The notes beneath the pieces were generated by a model that saw only the letters and a program-made list of their open reading frames with translations, made no database searches and was not told the DNA's origin. The position numbers were made by a program, and so were the translations under genes. 64,000 nucleotides of DNA from Cyanobacteria bacterium auto_48_18 (GTDB taxonomy: Bacteria; Cyanobacteriota; Vampirovibrionia; Obscuribacterales; Obscuribacteraceae), in the NCBI GenBank assembly GCA_036170915.1, contig JAVHQC010000033.1:1-64000 (forward strand), read 5' to 3'. Shown here piece by piece: positions 1-10,075 of the stretch. The number at the start of each line of letters is the position of its first letter. Positions within the stretch are counted from its first letter, which is position 1.

Positions 1-78
1 TAGGAGTAGGAGTAGGAGTAGGAGTAGGAGTAGGAGTAGGAGTAGGAGTAGGAGTAGGAGTTGGAGTTGGAGTAGGAT
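1..78 (-). repeat. 6-bp tandem repeat (TAGGAG)n encoding a Pro-Thr linker
   Basis: TAGGAG x10, TTGGAG x2, TAGGAT; in frame as CCT ACT codons on the minus strand. Confidence 0.95.
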
Positions 79-1153
79 TCGGTGTGCCTAAATTTGCCAC
101 CAGTACTTTCATCTGTTCGCTGTCGACACCATTAATGGGCTGGACAAGAAATATGTAATTGCTCGGATACCAGGCGCCTGCTGTCCAATAGGTAAAACCA
201 CTCCACACATCTTTATTAGCATGCATATACTGCATCATCGCCGATAGGCTGGCCAGGGCACCAGGGGCGTTGGTGACACCCAGTTCTCCGAGAAAAGCGG
301 TGCGGTGATTTGCGCGGCACCACGCAGTGAATGAGCTTAAGGTGGCAACGCTATCGGTGACGCTAAGATAATCTGTATGAGTGCCTGAGCCGTCATAATC
401 TAGATACTGGTGCATTTCGAATGCGTAATTGTTGCCTGGATCAGTAATATTGACCATGGTGGCAGCGTTCACTTGCACAAAATCTTTGGGATGGCTCCAG
501 TAAGCTGAGGGCACCAAAATTAAATGTTTAGAACCAGTTTGTCTAATTGCATTAATGGCTGCCTGAGCCGATGCTAGCCATGTAGTGGCGGTCATGGTGG
601 GGCCTACTGGCTCATTCATCAGACCTAAGATCACTTTTGGATTATTCAAATAATGGGTAGCCATTTTTTTCCAAAAGTCGGCAAACATGCTGTTTGGATG
701 TCCGCCGGGTACTCCAACCGTGACATTTCTGTAGGCACCATAGTTGTGAGGATCCAGTACCGTCGACATTCCTTTTGCTGTGCACATATTTACAACGTTG
801 TCGAGACGAGCAATTTCTGCTGTGTCCAGGGGGCCGTTGGCTGTGGGCTGCATGCGTTCCCATGAAAAAGGAACGCGTATTACGGTCATGCCCTTGCCCG
901 CAAAATAATTGATATCTGATTGTGATGGATAGACGTAATTAGTGTTATAGATGCCGGGTACATAGAGCGGATTGAACTCTCCACCGGAGATGTTCACACC
1001 AATTAACTTCATACCGGAATTGTCAGCCTGAGCTGGGCTGATGTAGGTAAAGAAGCACAGGTTCAAAGTTAGTATTGATAGGAAGATTGAGCGATAAAGG
1101 CGCGTCAAAGAATCATGTCGCGCAAAGCGACACATGCTTTTATTGTTTAACAT
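1..1153 (-). CDS. Secreted glycoside hydrolase family 5 (endoglucanase/cellulase-like) with Pro-Thr linker; runs off the window edge
   Basis: Not in the ORF track because there is no stop in the window. Manual translation from ATG 1153 (GAGGA upstream) gives a signal peptide ending AQA, then GVNISGGEF, IRVPFSWERMQP, catalytic LMNEP and FLGELG, then (PT)n. Confidence 0.88.
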   Translation of the reverse strand, partial: MLNNKSMCRFARHDSLTRLYRSIFLSILTLNLCFFTYISPAQADNSGMKLIGVNISGGEFNPLYVPGIYNTNYVYPSQSDINYFAGKGMTVIRVPFSWERMQPTANGPLDTAEIARLDNVVNMCTAKGMSTVLDPHNYGAYRNVTVGVPGGHPNSMFADFWKKMATHYLNNPKVILGLMNEPVGPTMTATTWLASAQAAINAIRQTGSKHLILVPSAYWSHPKDFVQVNAATMVNITDPGNNYAFEMHQYLDYDGSGTHTDYLSVTDSVATLSSFTAWCRANHRTAFLGELGVTNAPGALASLSAMMQYMHANKDVWSGFTYWTAGAWYPSNYIFLVQPINGVDSEQMKVLVANLGTPNPTPTPTPTPTPTPTPTPTPTPTPTP

Positions 1154-1433
1154 TTAGTATTCCTCGCCATGGAGTCACTGCATACCGCGGGCCATGCGCT
1201 AGAACATCCAGTATCTAACGATTGCCTGATATTGCCGTCTGAAGGATTTTTGGATCGTGACTAATGGCGCAAGCTGATAGTTGAATCGATGCAACGATTC
1301 ACTGATTCAGTCAAGAATATTTTGTCAGACGGTTCATGAGAAATAGGCCCAGGAGATCAAGGGCGGTAACGCTTTCTTTTGATGAAATTATTCGACAACT
1401 CGAGAGCTCGCGCCGGTGGGCGTTTGCCTTAAT

Positions 1434-1856
1434 TTACTCTTTGGTGAACATATCGTCGGTCAAAGAATCAAACGGGTCAGACTTGTCGAAACCGTATTTT
1501 TTGCGCAAGGCCTTAAAACGCGGGAAGATTTCATCGCTATCGGTCAGCCAGACGTTCGAAAGGGTACAGCGAAAGCGCTCATTGGCCTTAGACTCGCTTT
1601 CTACTTTATCGATAAGCTCGCTTCCGTGGTTTTTGAGCAGGTCTTCAAGAGCCGCCTCGGCTACATAAGCCAGCGCATCTTTTGATGGAGCCGAAGTGAC
1701 CAGTTGCAACACCATATCCCAACCAGGTTCAGGTTTCTCAGCCATAAGCTCTTGTACATATTTAGGTGCCCAGGAGTCTTCTTTATTTCCCATCTCGAAA
1801 CTGCGAAAATAGGCAGTGGCCACTTCTTTGGGATCTCTTGTCTTTTGTTCAGTCAT
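1434..1856 (-). CDS. Hypothetical protein, DUF6869-like
   Basis: 140-aa ORF with a YVAEAALEDLL...F...L.NVW pattern resembling the recalled family. Confidence 0.6.
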   Translation of the reverse strand: MTEQKTRDPKEVATAYFRSFEMGNKEDSWAPKYVQELMAEKPEPGWDMVLQLVTSAPSKDALAYVAEAALEDLLKNHGSELIDKVESESKANERFRCTLSNVWLTDSDEIFPRFKALRKKYGFDKSDPFDSLTDDMFTKE

Positions 1857-2079
1857 TTCTTTACTGCTATCTGGGGTACTACTGTTCGGCTTGGCCCGGC
1901 CTGAGAGCTGGGGCAGGGTTGAGTATAGCTGAAACTTTCACTGGCTTCTTAAAGCATAACCTAAGGTCTTTACAATGTTGCGTGATTCACTTCAAACCAC
2001 TCCCCTTAACCATGCGCCCTGGCGTGACACATGTGCCGATGTGATTCTCAGTCATTTGCAATTGCCGCCAATTGATAAA

Positions 2080-3141
2080 ATGCCAGATAAATTAGACTAT
2101 GATCTTGTCATCATTGGTGGTGGCATCGCCGGTTTAAGTGCTGCTCAAGAAGCTGCGCGCATTGGGCTCGGCGTTATTGTTCTAGAAGCTCATTCTGGGC
2201 TGGCTATGGGGGCGACTGGACGTAATGCCGGTATATTATGCGCCGGTATAAATATGCCGATTACATTCACGCCGAAAGGAAGTTCGGCCGAGCGCTTATG
2301 GCGCCAAACTCACGAAGAACTGCTGGCAGTGCTGGCTGAAGCCAAGCAAGCTTCAACTCTGCTCGATGTCCGTCGCATTGGTGCCATGTGTTTAGCTACT
2401 AGTAAAACAGCTGCCAAACGGCTTTCGCGCGAGACCAAAGCCAGGCTCTCTGCGGGGATGAGTGCCGAGCTAATCTGTGCCGCTGACGTCGATACGCTCG
2501 CTGGTGGAATTCTTGATGTAAAAGACGTGCAAACTGCAATGCTTTTACCTGATGAAGGCGCGGTGCAGCCTCTCACTCTTCTTGCAACGGTAGCCAATGG
2601 TGCGCGCAGACACGGAGCACAAATTTATGGCAATGCCCGAGTTGAAACAATAGAAAAAACCAGCGCTGGTTGGAGTGTGAAAACTTTCAATGGAAAAACC
2701 GTCAACTGCACCAGTGTAATTTCGGCTGTGGGACCCATTGAAAATGCTACTGGCCGTATATTTGCGCTGGCATTTGAAATTGACGTTCCTGATAACTGTC
2801 CCGTTTGGTGGGATGCAAATCCTTACACTTATTATGACTACAGACCAGGCAATGGTTGTTTAACTGTCAGTGGAGGCCGTTATGGCGCGCCCGGCACCAG
2901 CGATTTGGACGCTACATACCATAAGCACATGGTTGCTGCCACAAAGAAATGGGTGCCCTCGTTAACGAACGATCCAAAATATTGTTGGGCAGTAGATCTA
3001 CATGTTGCTGCCGATTTGCTGCCCGAAATAATTGAACAGGGCGAAAATCGATTGTCCATTCAAGGTCTCGGTGCTCTGGGGGTTTTGCCCGGGATGGTGT
3101 TGGGCAAACAAGCAGCCTTAATGAGTGCGAAACGCGTTTGA
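2080..3141 (+). CDS. FAD-dependent oxidoreductase (DAO/DadA family)
   Basis: VIIGGGIAGLSAA dinucleotide-binding motif and GATGRNAG; start chosen at ATG 2080. Confidence 0.85.
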   Translation: MPDKLDYDLVIIGGGIAGLSAAQEAARIGLGVIVLEAHSGLAMGATGRNAGILCAGINMPITFTPKGSSAERLWRQTHEELLAVLAEAKQASTLLDVRRIGAMCLATSKTAAKRLSRETKARLSAGMSAELICAADVDTLAGGILDVKDVQTAMLLPDEGAVQPLTLLATVANGARRHGAQIYGNARVETIEKTSAGWSVKTFNGKTVNCTSVISAVGPIENATGRIFALAFEIDVPDNCPVWWDANPYTYYDYRPGNGCLTVSGGRYGAPGTSDLDATYHKHMVAATKKWVPSLTNDPKYCWAVDLHVAADLLPEIIEQGENRLSIQGLGALGVLPGMVLGKQAALMSAKRV

Positions 3142-3215
3142 AAGTCCTCATGCTTAGACTGAAAATAGCGCCTCGAAAGGCTCTATTTCTACAGCGTGCT
3201 TTTAGGATAAACCAG

Positions 3216-4601
3216 ATGCAAATTCTTTCTTATCGAGGACCCAACGCACCAGGTGGTGTGTCCAACGCGATAACACAGATTTATGAACAGAACCAGAGTG
3301 GAGGCGATTGGTGGTATGTGGATGGTGAACATCTGCGAACCACCAGCCTGAAAAGCTCTGACAGCACTTCTTTGTTGAATGCTGAACTAAGCGCTAAGCA
3401 CTATGCGTATTGTAATAATTTTCTCTGGCCCGTCCTGCATGACCTCCCGGCTCATGCTCACTATTTAGAAGACGAAAGACAATGCTATAAGGCGTTTAAT
3501 TCGGCTGTTGCCTTTAGATTGAGGCGGAAAGCCAATCAAGAGGGTTACTTTGTCAACGACTATCAATTTGCGTTGACACCAAAGCTTTTAAAAGGAGTTA
3601 CAGATACTTTTGCATTCTGGCACATACCTTTTCCAGCAAATGTGAGACCTGATCATGTGGATGCAATGATTGAAGTGGCTGAGGGATTATTGCATGCAAA
3701 TGTAGTAGGTTTTCACACCGATGAATACAAGCAAAACTTTTTCCGTTTTGTCAGTTCATGTATGAATTCTACTGCTCTGGTAGTTGGTGAGCATTCTATC
3801 GTCAGCATTAATAGGATCACTGGACAGCGTCATTCTACGCGCTTTGTTGTGGCACCGTTGGGTATTGATGGGTCCCTATGGAGCAATCTGGCTAAAGTCG
3901 AACACCTTCACTCTCAAATTAATCTGCCTGAACATATTCCTTTTGTTCTGAGCATTGATCGTGCTGACTACACAAAAGGTATTGTGGAGCGCATTGATGC
4001 TATAGAACAGTTTTTTGCAGACTATCCACAGTGGCGTGAGAAAGTAGTATTCGTGCAAGTAGGAACCAGATCCAGAGCAGGTTTACCTGAGTTTGATAGT
4101 TACTGGGCCAGGTGCCAAAAACGTCTGGCTGCGCTCAATTTAAATTACGGCACAAAGCATTGGCAACCCCTGGTCTGGATTAACGCCACGAGATCATCGG
4201 CTGAGCTAGCCGGTCTATACAGTCGAGCGGCAGCAATGATTGTTAGCCCGGTGCGTGATGGGCTCAATCTCACAGCGAAAGAATTTATTGCCTGCCAGCG
4301 TCTTGTTCCGGCAGGCTCGGTCAATGCTGGTGTCGGGGTGCTAGCACTTTCACCAGGTGCTGGAGTGTGGCACGAGCTGGGAAACCAGTGCGTGGCTATT
4401 GAACCTGGTAACAAGCAAGCATTTGCTCAGTCAATTCTTGCCTGTTTGACAATGAGTCAAAGTGAAAAGTACAAACGATTGGAAGTAATGAAGGAGCGCT
4501 TGGCCGCTAATTCGCTAGACTTGTGGTGGCATAGCTTTGAGACGGAGTGTCAACTTACGGTGCGTTCGAGAGAGAGAATTCTCGAGAGAATCTGTGGATA
4601 A
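3216..4601 (+). CDS. otsA: GT20 trehalose-6-phosphate synthase-like glycosyltransferase
   Basis: LWPVLH, NDYQF, FWHIPFP, GFHT, DRADYTKG, RDGLNLTAKEF motifs; start chosen at ATG 3216 (AGGA upstream). Confidence 0.8.
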   Translation: MQILSYRGPNAPGGVSNAITQIYEQNQSGGDWWYVDGEHLRTTSLKSSDSTSLLNAELSAKHYAYCNNFLWPVLHDLPAHAHYLEDERQCYKAFNSAVAFRLRRKANQEGYFVNDYQFALTPKLLKGVTDTFAFWHIPFPANVRPDHVDAMIEVAEGLLHANVVGFHTDEYKQNFFRFVSSCMNSTALVVGEHSIVSINRITGQRHSTRFVVAPLGIDGSLWSNLAKVEHLHSQINLPEHIPFVLSIDRADYTKGIVERIDAIEQFFADYPQWREKVVFVQVGTRSRAGLPEFDSYWARCQKRLAALNLNYGTKHWQPLVWINATRSSAELAGLYSRAAAMIVSPVRDGLNLTAKEFIACQRLVPAGSVNAGVGVLALSPGAGVWHELGNQCVAIEPGNKQAFAQSILACLTMSQSEKYKRLEVMKERLAANSLDLWWHSFETECQLTVRSRERILERICG

Positions 4602-4627
4602 TTCCGATGCTGAGATAGGTTGAAGGT

Positions 4628-5047
4628 ATGAGGCTGTTAATTCGTATTGAAAGTCGCGAAACTCTTACCCGTGTAGAAGAGGCCCTTTGTCAGGTTGACT
4701 TCGACCTCTATTTTGTCAGTGATGACCAGCGCATGCTGGCGCTAGTGCAACTTGGCTGTATTGATATGGTTATTGTCGACCTTCGCCACCAGGGTTTGGC
4801 TGGGCTGAACAGATTGAAAATGCTACAAGCTGAGCCTGCCAGCGCCAGATTGCCGCTAATTTGTTTTATCAACGAAGAAGATCCGACTGCAGTTAGAATA
4901 AGATTGAAGAGTGTAGGAGTCGATTGCGAAGGGATCAGATTTATATGCGCCGGTAATTGTGGGAATGGGAAGGAAATAATAGATAAGAAGTCTTTGCTTG
5001 CAACAATAGATTCTTTTGCTCTGGTAACTAGTCTAACGAGTCAATAA
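4628..5047 (+). CDS. Stand-alone receiver-like protein
   Basis: IDMVIVDL...GL..LKML...ARLPLIC CheY-like pattern. Confidence 0.6.
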   Translation: MRLLIRIESRETLTRVEEALCQVDFDLYFVSDDQRMLALVQLGCIDMVIVDLRHQGLAGLNRLKMLQAEPASARLPLICFINEEDPTAVRIRLKSVGVDCEGIRFICAGNCGNGKEIIDKKSLLATIDSFALVTSLTSQ

Positions 5048-5050
5048 TCG

Positions 5051-5713
5051 ATGGCGTACATTCTTTTAGCCGAAGATGATCAATCGCTAAGTGACGGCCT
5101 CACTCGCACGCTTCAGCACAGTGGGCATACGATTGATTCAGCTATGAATGGTGTCGACGCAGAGTTTGCTGCATCATATAATGCTTACGATTTGCTGATT
5201 TTAGACATCGGCTTGCCTCAACGAGATGGTCTGACTGTACTAGCCAATTTGCGCAGAGATGGAAAATCGCTTCCGATTTTGATTTTAACCGCGCGTGATA
5301 CTCCAGAAGATCGTATTCACGGCCTTGACGTCGGCGCCAACGATTATCTGTGTAAGCCTTTCAATGTAGGAGAGTTGGAAGCTCGCATTCGTGCATTGCT
5401 GCGCAAAGAGAAATGGGCCAATCAAACTGAAATACGTTGTGGTTCGCTCACACATAACGTGAGAGCCAATCGATTTTTGGTCGGGGATCAGCCGCTGGAG
5501 CTGTCACCTCGTGAATATCTAGTATTGGAGTTGCTTCTTCAGAGACGGGGTCGGGTGGTCTTCAAGAATGATTTGATAGAGCATTTGTCATCTCTTGATC
5601 GTGATTTATCAAGTAATGCTCTCGATATTGTTATACATCGATTGCGCAAAAAGCTAGAAGCATCAGGCTGTGTGATTCAAACAGTCAAAGGCTTAGGTTT
5701 TATCATTGAGTAG
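5051..5713 (+). CDS. OmpR-family response regulator (TctD/QseB-like)
   Basis: ILLAEDD, LILDIGLP, GANDYLCKPF and winged-helix IHRLRKKL...TVKGLGF. Confidence 0.93.
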   Translation: MAYILLAEDDQSLSDGLTRTLQHSGHTIDSAMNGVDAEFAASYNAYDLLILDIGLPQRDGLTVLANLRRDGKSLPILILTARDTPEDRIHGLDVGANDYLCKPFNVGELEARIRALLRKEKWANQTEIRCGSLTHNVRANRFLVGDQPLELSPREYLVLELLLQRRGRVVFKNDLIEHLSSLDRDLSSNALDIVIHRLRKKLEASGCVIQTVKGLGFIIE

Positions 5714-5716
5714 ACA

Positions 5717-7108
5717 ATGAAAAAATCGATCAGGCATCAACTGCTGCTATGGCTATTAATTCCACTGTTGAGCCTTGCTTTATTCAGTACTGCTGTCTCC
5801 TATTTCCTTGGCCTGGCATTGGCACGCAGCATTTATGATAAACAGCTTTCTAATTCGGCAGATTCTGTAATTGCGCGCATTAAGGCGAAAGATAATAAAT
5901 TGACGGTTGATCTGCCACCTGCTGCTTTAGCTATTCTTCGACACAACAATCGAGATGAATTTTATTTTCAGGTGGTGGCACCTGATGGTCGGATCATATC
6001 TGGTGACAAGTTGCTTCCGCCACCACCAGCAGTGCTAGTGCAATCTGGCGAAACTAGCGAACCTTCTTTCAGGACGATTCTCGTTAAGGGCAACAGAGAG
6101 CTGCGTGTAGTCACACTGTCAGTGCCGACGCCAGACCTTTTTGTTGATCACGTGATTGTGCAGGCTGGAGAAACGCGCAATGCACGAACAGAACTGGCTG
6201 GCCAGATTTCAATCAGCATTTTTCTCGCACAACTCGCACTGATTATTTGCGGCGCAGTTGCTACCTGGATTGGTGTGGGCCGTGGATTACGTCCACTGAA
6301 AAAAATCGAGCAAGTTGTAGAGTCCAGATCTCCAGGCGATCTCAGCTTGTTTCAGACCGATGAGCCGGTAGAAGTAACCTCTTTGATTAATGCGCTAAAT
6401 CGTCTACTCAAGCAACTAGACGATGATTTACAGCTCCAGAAGAGATTTACCTCGAATGCAGCTCATCAACTGCGTACGCCGCTTGCTGTGGTGACAACCT
6501 ACTGTGATCTTGCTCGCAAAATGGAGAAGGACCCTGAAGTGCAGGGCGTTTTAGCTGAACTGGAATCAGGGATAAGCAGAATGAGTAAGTTAGTAAATCG
6601 CCTGCTGGTTTTAGCGCGCTCCGAACCGGGGGTAGCGGCTTCACGCAATTATGCAAACGTTGATGTAAGCGCCATAGCAGCTTCGGTTACGGCAGCTCAC
6701 GTGCCTCAAGCTATCCGCAATAAGATTGAATTTGAGTTTCTCTCAGCCGCTGAGCCGGCCATGGTCTATGGAGATCAGGCAGGTCTGGAAGAACTGATTT
6801 CCAACCTCGTGGAAAACAGCATTCTTTATCTGCATCCCGGCGGCAAGATCATAGTAAAAATAAGCGTGGTGAATGGTGCTCCAGTGCTCTCGGTGGAGGA
6901 CGACGGCCCGGGCATTCCAGAAGATGAGCGAGGAAAAGTCTACGAGCGCTTTTATCGCATTGCAGGTACAGAGCAACCCGGAACTGGTTTAGGTCTGGCG
7001 ATAGTGAAGGAGATTGCCATTGCTCATCGGGCAACTTGTGAGATCACAAACGGCAGCACAGGAAAAGGTACCTGCATCACGATTCAATTTCCCAGCACGT
7101 TACAGTAA
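5717..7108 (+). CDS. Sensor histidine kinase (TctE/QseC-like)
   Basis: Two TM segments, H-box AAHQLRTPL, NLVENSI, DDGPGI, GTGLGLAIV. Confidence 0.93.
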   Translation: MKKSIRHQLLLWLLIPLLSLALFSTAVSYFLGLALARSIYDKQLSNSADSVIARIKAKDNKLTVDLPPAALAILRHNNRDEFYFQVVAPDGRIISGDKLLPPPPAVLVQSGETSEPSFRTILVKGNRELRVVTLSVPTPDLFVDHVIVQAGETRNARTELAGQISISIFLAQLALIICGAVATWIGVGRGLRPLKKIEQVVESRSPGDLSLFQTDEPVEVTSLINALNRLLKQLDDDLQLQKRFTSNAAHQLRTPLAVVTTYCDLARKMEKDPEVQGVLAELESGISRMSKLVNRLLVLARSEPGVAASRNYANVDVSAIAASVTAAHVPQAIRNKIEFEFLSAAEPAMVYGDQAGLEELISNLVENSILYLHPGGKIIVKISVVNGAPVLSVEDDGPGIPEDERGKVYERFYRIAGTEQPGTGLGLAIVKEIAIAHRATCEITNGSTGKGTCITIQFPSTLQ

Positions 7109-7219
7109 ATGGTGATTCTCGATGCCTTGCAGGGGACCCATAGAAAGGAGACGAATCCGAGAATCTATATTCGAGAATCACTGGTCTGGATGATATAACT
7201 GCCGTCTTTCAAAACAGTT

Positions 7220-7684
7220 TCAGACCAGTTCTTTGCTAGGCACAGCTGGGAGCAGGTCAACTACTTCAGCCATGAGCCGCACGGCGTCAAATTCGGGCAT
7301 GTATATGTATCTGTCTGCGCCCATTAACTTGCCGGCTAATTCGGTAGATTTGTTAATCACAGTGGCCAGCGGGTTAGGTTCCATACAGAGCATGACAAAT
7401 GCCACATCTTTGAACGGAGAATCAGGCGCTTTAACCATATTGAGAAATTCAAAAACCGACTCTTCTTCAAGGTGTACAGCGGAGATAATCAGGTCAACGT
7501 GGTCTTTTGTTTCTAGAAATCGCATTGCTTGAGCAATGGTATAAACAGGCACAACTTCGTGGCCAGCTAGTCTGCAAGTCACCTTCAGCTTTTCAATATT
7601 TTCTGGGTTTTCCAAGGTTAAAATTCGAAAAATTTCGGTTGAAGGCTTGTCTACCAAAGGTTCTTCAATTTTCTCAGTCGTCAT
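7220..7684 (-). CDS. Atypical (pseudo-)receiver domain protein
   Basis: Receiver-like pattern, but DLIISAVHL has Ala at the phosphoacceptor Asp position; start chosen at ATG 7684. Confidence 0.6.
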   Translation of the reverse strand: MTTEKIEEPLVDKPSTEIFRILTLENPENIEKLKVTCRLAGHEVVPVYTIAQAMRFLETKDHVDLIISAVHLEEESVFEFLNMVKAPDSPFKDVAFVMLCMEPNPLATVINKSTELAGKLMGADRYIYMPEFDAVRLMAEVVDLLPAVPSKELV

Positions 7685-7854
7685 TTTTTTACCGGTAAAG
7701 TAATCGCTTACACTGAAAGTAACCCTGTCATCGTGGGCTATTAACAACATAACAGAAGTTCATTCGCCAGACGCAATAAGATTGCAGCGTGCTTTATTTT
7801 GCGTATTATCCCGGCGATGCTAAAGTAAGTCCGCACAACTAAGGTGGAAGCTCT

Positions 7855-8058
7855 ATGTACGACGAAAAAACTATCCAGCTTGATCAATTTATGAAGGTGA
7901 TTGGCGCTGCCCAATCTGGCGGTCACGCAAAAATGTTAATTCAATCTGGTCAGGTTTTGGTCAACGACCAAGCTGAGACCAGGCGTGGTCGAAAGCTTCA
8001 AGCAAATGACAAAGTCGTCTTTGAAGGCCAAATTTATGTCGTGCCTGAAATCGAATAG
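7855..8058 (+). CDS. S4-domain RNA-binding protein (YaaA/YbcJ family)
   Basis: IQLDQFMK...SGGHAKMLIQSGQVLVN...ETRRGRKL. Confidence 0.92.
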   Translation: MYDEKTIQLDQFMKVIGAAQSGGHAKMLIQSGQVLVNDQAETRRGRKLQANDKVVFEGQIYVVPEIE

Positions 8059-8134
8059 CTCATTGCTCACGCTGACCTCAGATATGGTGGCATTCACATG
8101 CCAAGGTAAAGCGGAAAACATCACTGAAGACAGA

Positions 8135-9109
8135 TTACTCGCCTGCGTTAAACGAATCGATCTCAGCTCTAAATTTAGATTTAAAGGCGGCAGTGGTTCC
8201 GGTGGGGCAGACCACCTTGGCGTAGAGGTGAGTGTTCAGAGCCTTAGAGTAGGGAGCCATGGAAATTGTTGAGCGGAAGCCCTGGAAAGTTTCGGTGGGC
8301 AAACGATCGCGATCCAGGCCTTTGTATGGTCCTGGCGCCAGTTCCAGGTCGCCTACAACGCCGCCAGGTTCGGCCGTCATTTCAAGCTTGCGAGTGTAGT
8401 ATTCATATTCTTTTTTCGCTTTACGCTCAAAATGCATAGTGTTGCCTTTGAGTTTAATTGTCGCCTGCGGATAAAATTCTTTGACCAGCGCCGATACGTT
8501 TTTAAAAATTACCTCTGGCGCCTGCTTTTTCAACACTACTTCAGGGGCTTCTACTGGACCCGAAGATGTAGGTTGGCCGATTGTCTCGTTGGCGTTGAAT
8601 GACTTGATGATGTTTTTAAATCTATCTTTGAAATCCGCCGGTACGTCGGTGGGGTAAACAAGCTTGGTCCAGAGGTGAGCATTGCGACTTCTTGATAGTG
8701 GCGCCATTAACAGCACAGCATAATCGCCATCAATTACGTCTGATGGCAGAAGTTCTTTGTCAGCACCTTCGTAGACACCAGGCACCACGCTTACATCACC
8801 AAGAATTCCGCCAGAAAGTGGCGTGGTGGAAATGGTGCGATTGTAGCCATAAAGGTCGCGAGTTCTATAGGCAAAGTGCAGCTTTTTATCAGCCATTGTC
8901 ATTTTGACGTTTGGATAAAACTCTTTCACCAGTTTCTGCAAATCGTTAAAAATGGTGTCAAGGTCGGCCACAGGCTCTGCATTCTGAGCACCTGAAGGCA
9001 TTGAAGTCGCCGGTGTGGCAGCATGTGCCGACTGCATGGGAGCGCCAATTAGCGTCAGAAGCATTATTGACGAAAGCAAAGATGACTGAAGTCGGATGAA
9101 CAGCGGCAA
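8135..9109 (-). CDS. Exported hypothetical protein with two homologous ~125-aa domains
   Basis: Signal peptide ending AHA; LVKEFYP...GG..GD...PG.Y.G.D...LP...MAP.S...N.HL..K...F...I.SFNA.E occurs twice. Confidence 0.75.
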   Translation of the reverse strand: MPLFIRLQSSLLSSIMLLTLIGAPMQSAHAATPATSMPSGAQNAEPVADLDTIFNDLQKLVKEFYPNVKMTMADKKLHFAYRTRDLYGYNRTISTTPLSGGILGDVSVVPGVYEGADKELLPSDVIDGDYAVLLMAPLSRSRNAHLWTKLVYPTDVPADFKDRFKNIIKSFNANETIGQPTSSGPVEAPEVVLKKQAPEVIFKNVSALVKEFYPQATIKLKGNTMHFERKAKKEYEYYTRKLEMTAEPGGVVGDLELAPGPYKGLDRDRLPTETFQGFRSTISMAPYSKALNTHLYAKVVCPTGTTAAFKSKFRAEIDSFNAGE

Positions 9110-9361
9110 AATTCCACCTCTTTTGGCTATATAACTAGACTGATCGAGATTATACCTGCTCGGTCGGTAAGATATTTAAAATCGGGCGCTCTTGACGTTC
9201 CAGCCCGGCTTGGCGTTAATTGTCAAACAGGGAAGGCCGACAACCCTTTATAACCCTGTGCGGCTTGCTGTTACTGATGAGTTTTGGGTCGACTCTCTCT
9301 CAACTAGATTTTGCCTTTTGTTGAGTGCGCTGTACGATATGAATCTACCTAGTGGTACGGT

Positions 9362-10012
9362 TTGATGAAGCGGTCAATTCTTAAAAGCACTTTTTTAACC
9401 TTGCCGGGCAGGGTCACCCTGGCTAGTGTTGCTGCATGCACACTGTTAACAAGCTGCCTTGATTTAAAGGGTATCGTTAAACCTAAGGGCGTTGACTCTG
9501 ATATTCGTCTGGTAAAGGCGGCAAAGCTCACCAGATTGCCAAATAAACTGCAGGAATTTGGCACTAATGAACACAAATTTAAAATGATGCCGCTGCCTCA
9601 TTTTTTGTTTTCGCAGGTTGACGCTCCATTCGGCAAAACTTTTTCGCTAGTGGGCCCGCGCCGTGAAGATGGCCGCTCACCAGTTGTGGTGATCAACATC
9701 TTGATTAAAAAACCAGGTGACCCTGCTCTCAAGCCCAGAGCCATGATGGAGCTGCTGCTCAAGCCATTTGTGGATAATTGCCTTGATTACATGGCGGAAA
9801 ACTTCGAGCCTTTTACTTTTAAGGGACGCACCTATCAGGCTACTGAATTTGTCGGTAATTATGGTGGCTTTTATCAGATGAAGGGACTGGCTTATGTCAC
9901 GCCAGTAGAAGGTGGATACATTACTCTGCTTGTCCAAGATAAGGCATCGCTATTTCCAGATACCGAGGCTGTATTTAAGCGCTGGTTTGAAACTTTTGAA
10001 ATTGAATACTGA
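9362..10012 (+). CDS. Putative lipoprotein
   Basis: Basic N-terminus, hydrophobic stretch, lipobox LTSC. Confidence 0.6.
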   Translation: MMKRSILKSTFLTLPGRVTLASVAACTLLTSCLDLKGIVKPKGVDSDIRLVKAAKLTRLPNKLQEFGTNEHKFKMMPLPHFLFSQVDAPFGKTFSLVGPRREDGRSPVVVINILIKKPGDPALKPRAMMELLLKPFVDNCLDYMAENFEPFTFKGRTYQATEFVGNYGGFYQMKGLAYVTPVEGGYITLLVQDKASLFPDTEAVFKRWFETFEIEY

Positions 10013-10075
10013 TCGCCGTCGTTAGCAAAGGGCCTGTTTGCGGTACAAACATTAAAGGCAGATGAGGGCGCGACT

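Noticed and set aside
1..78. TAGGAG array as a telomere-like or CRISPR repeat
   Set aside because: No spacers; it is an in-frame Pro-Thr linker.
9270..9300. CTGATGAG hammerhead or fluoride-riboswitch-like core
   Set aside because: No GAAA after a stem II and no supporting flanking helices.
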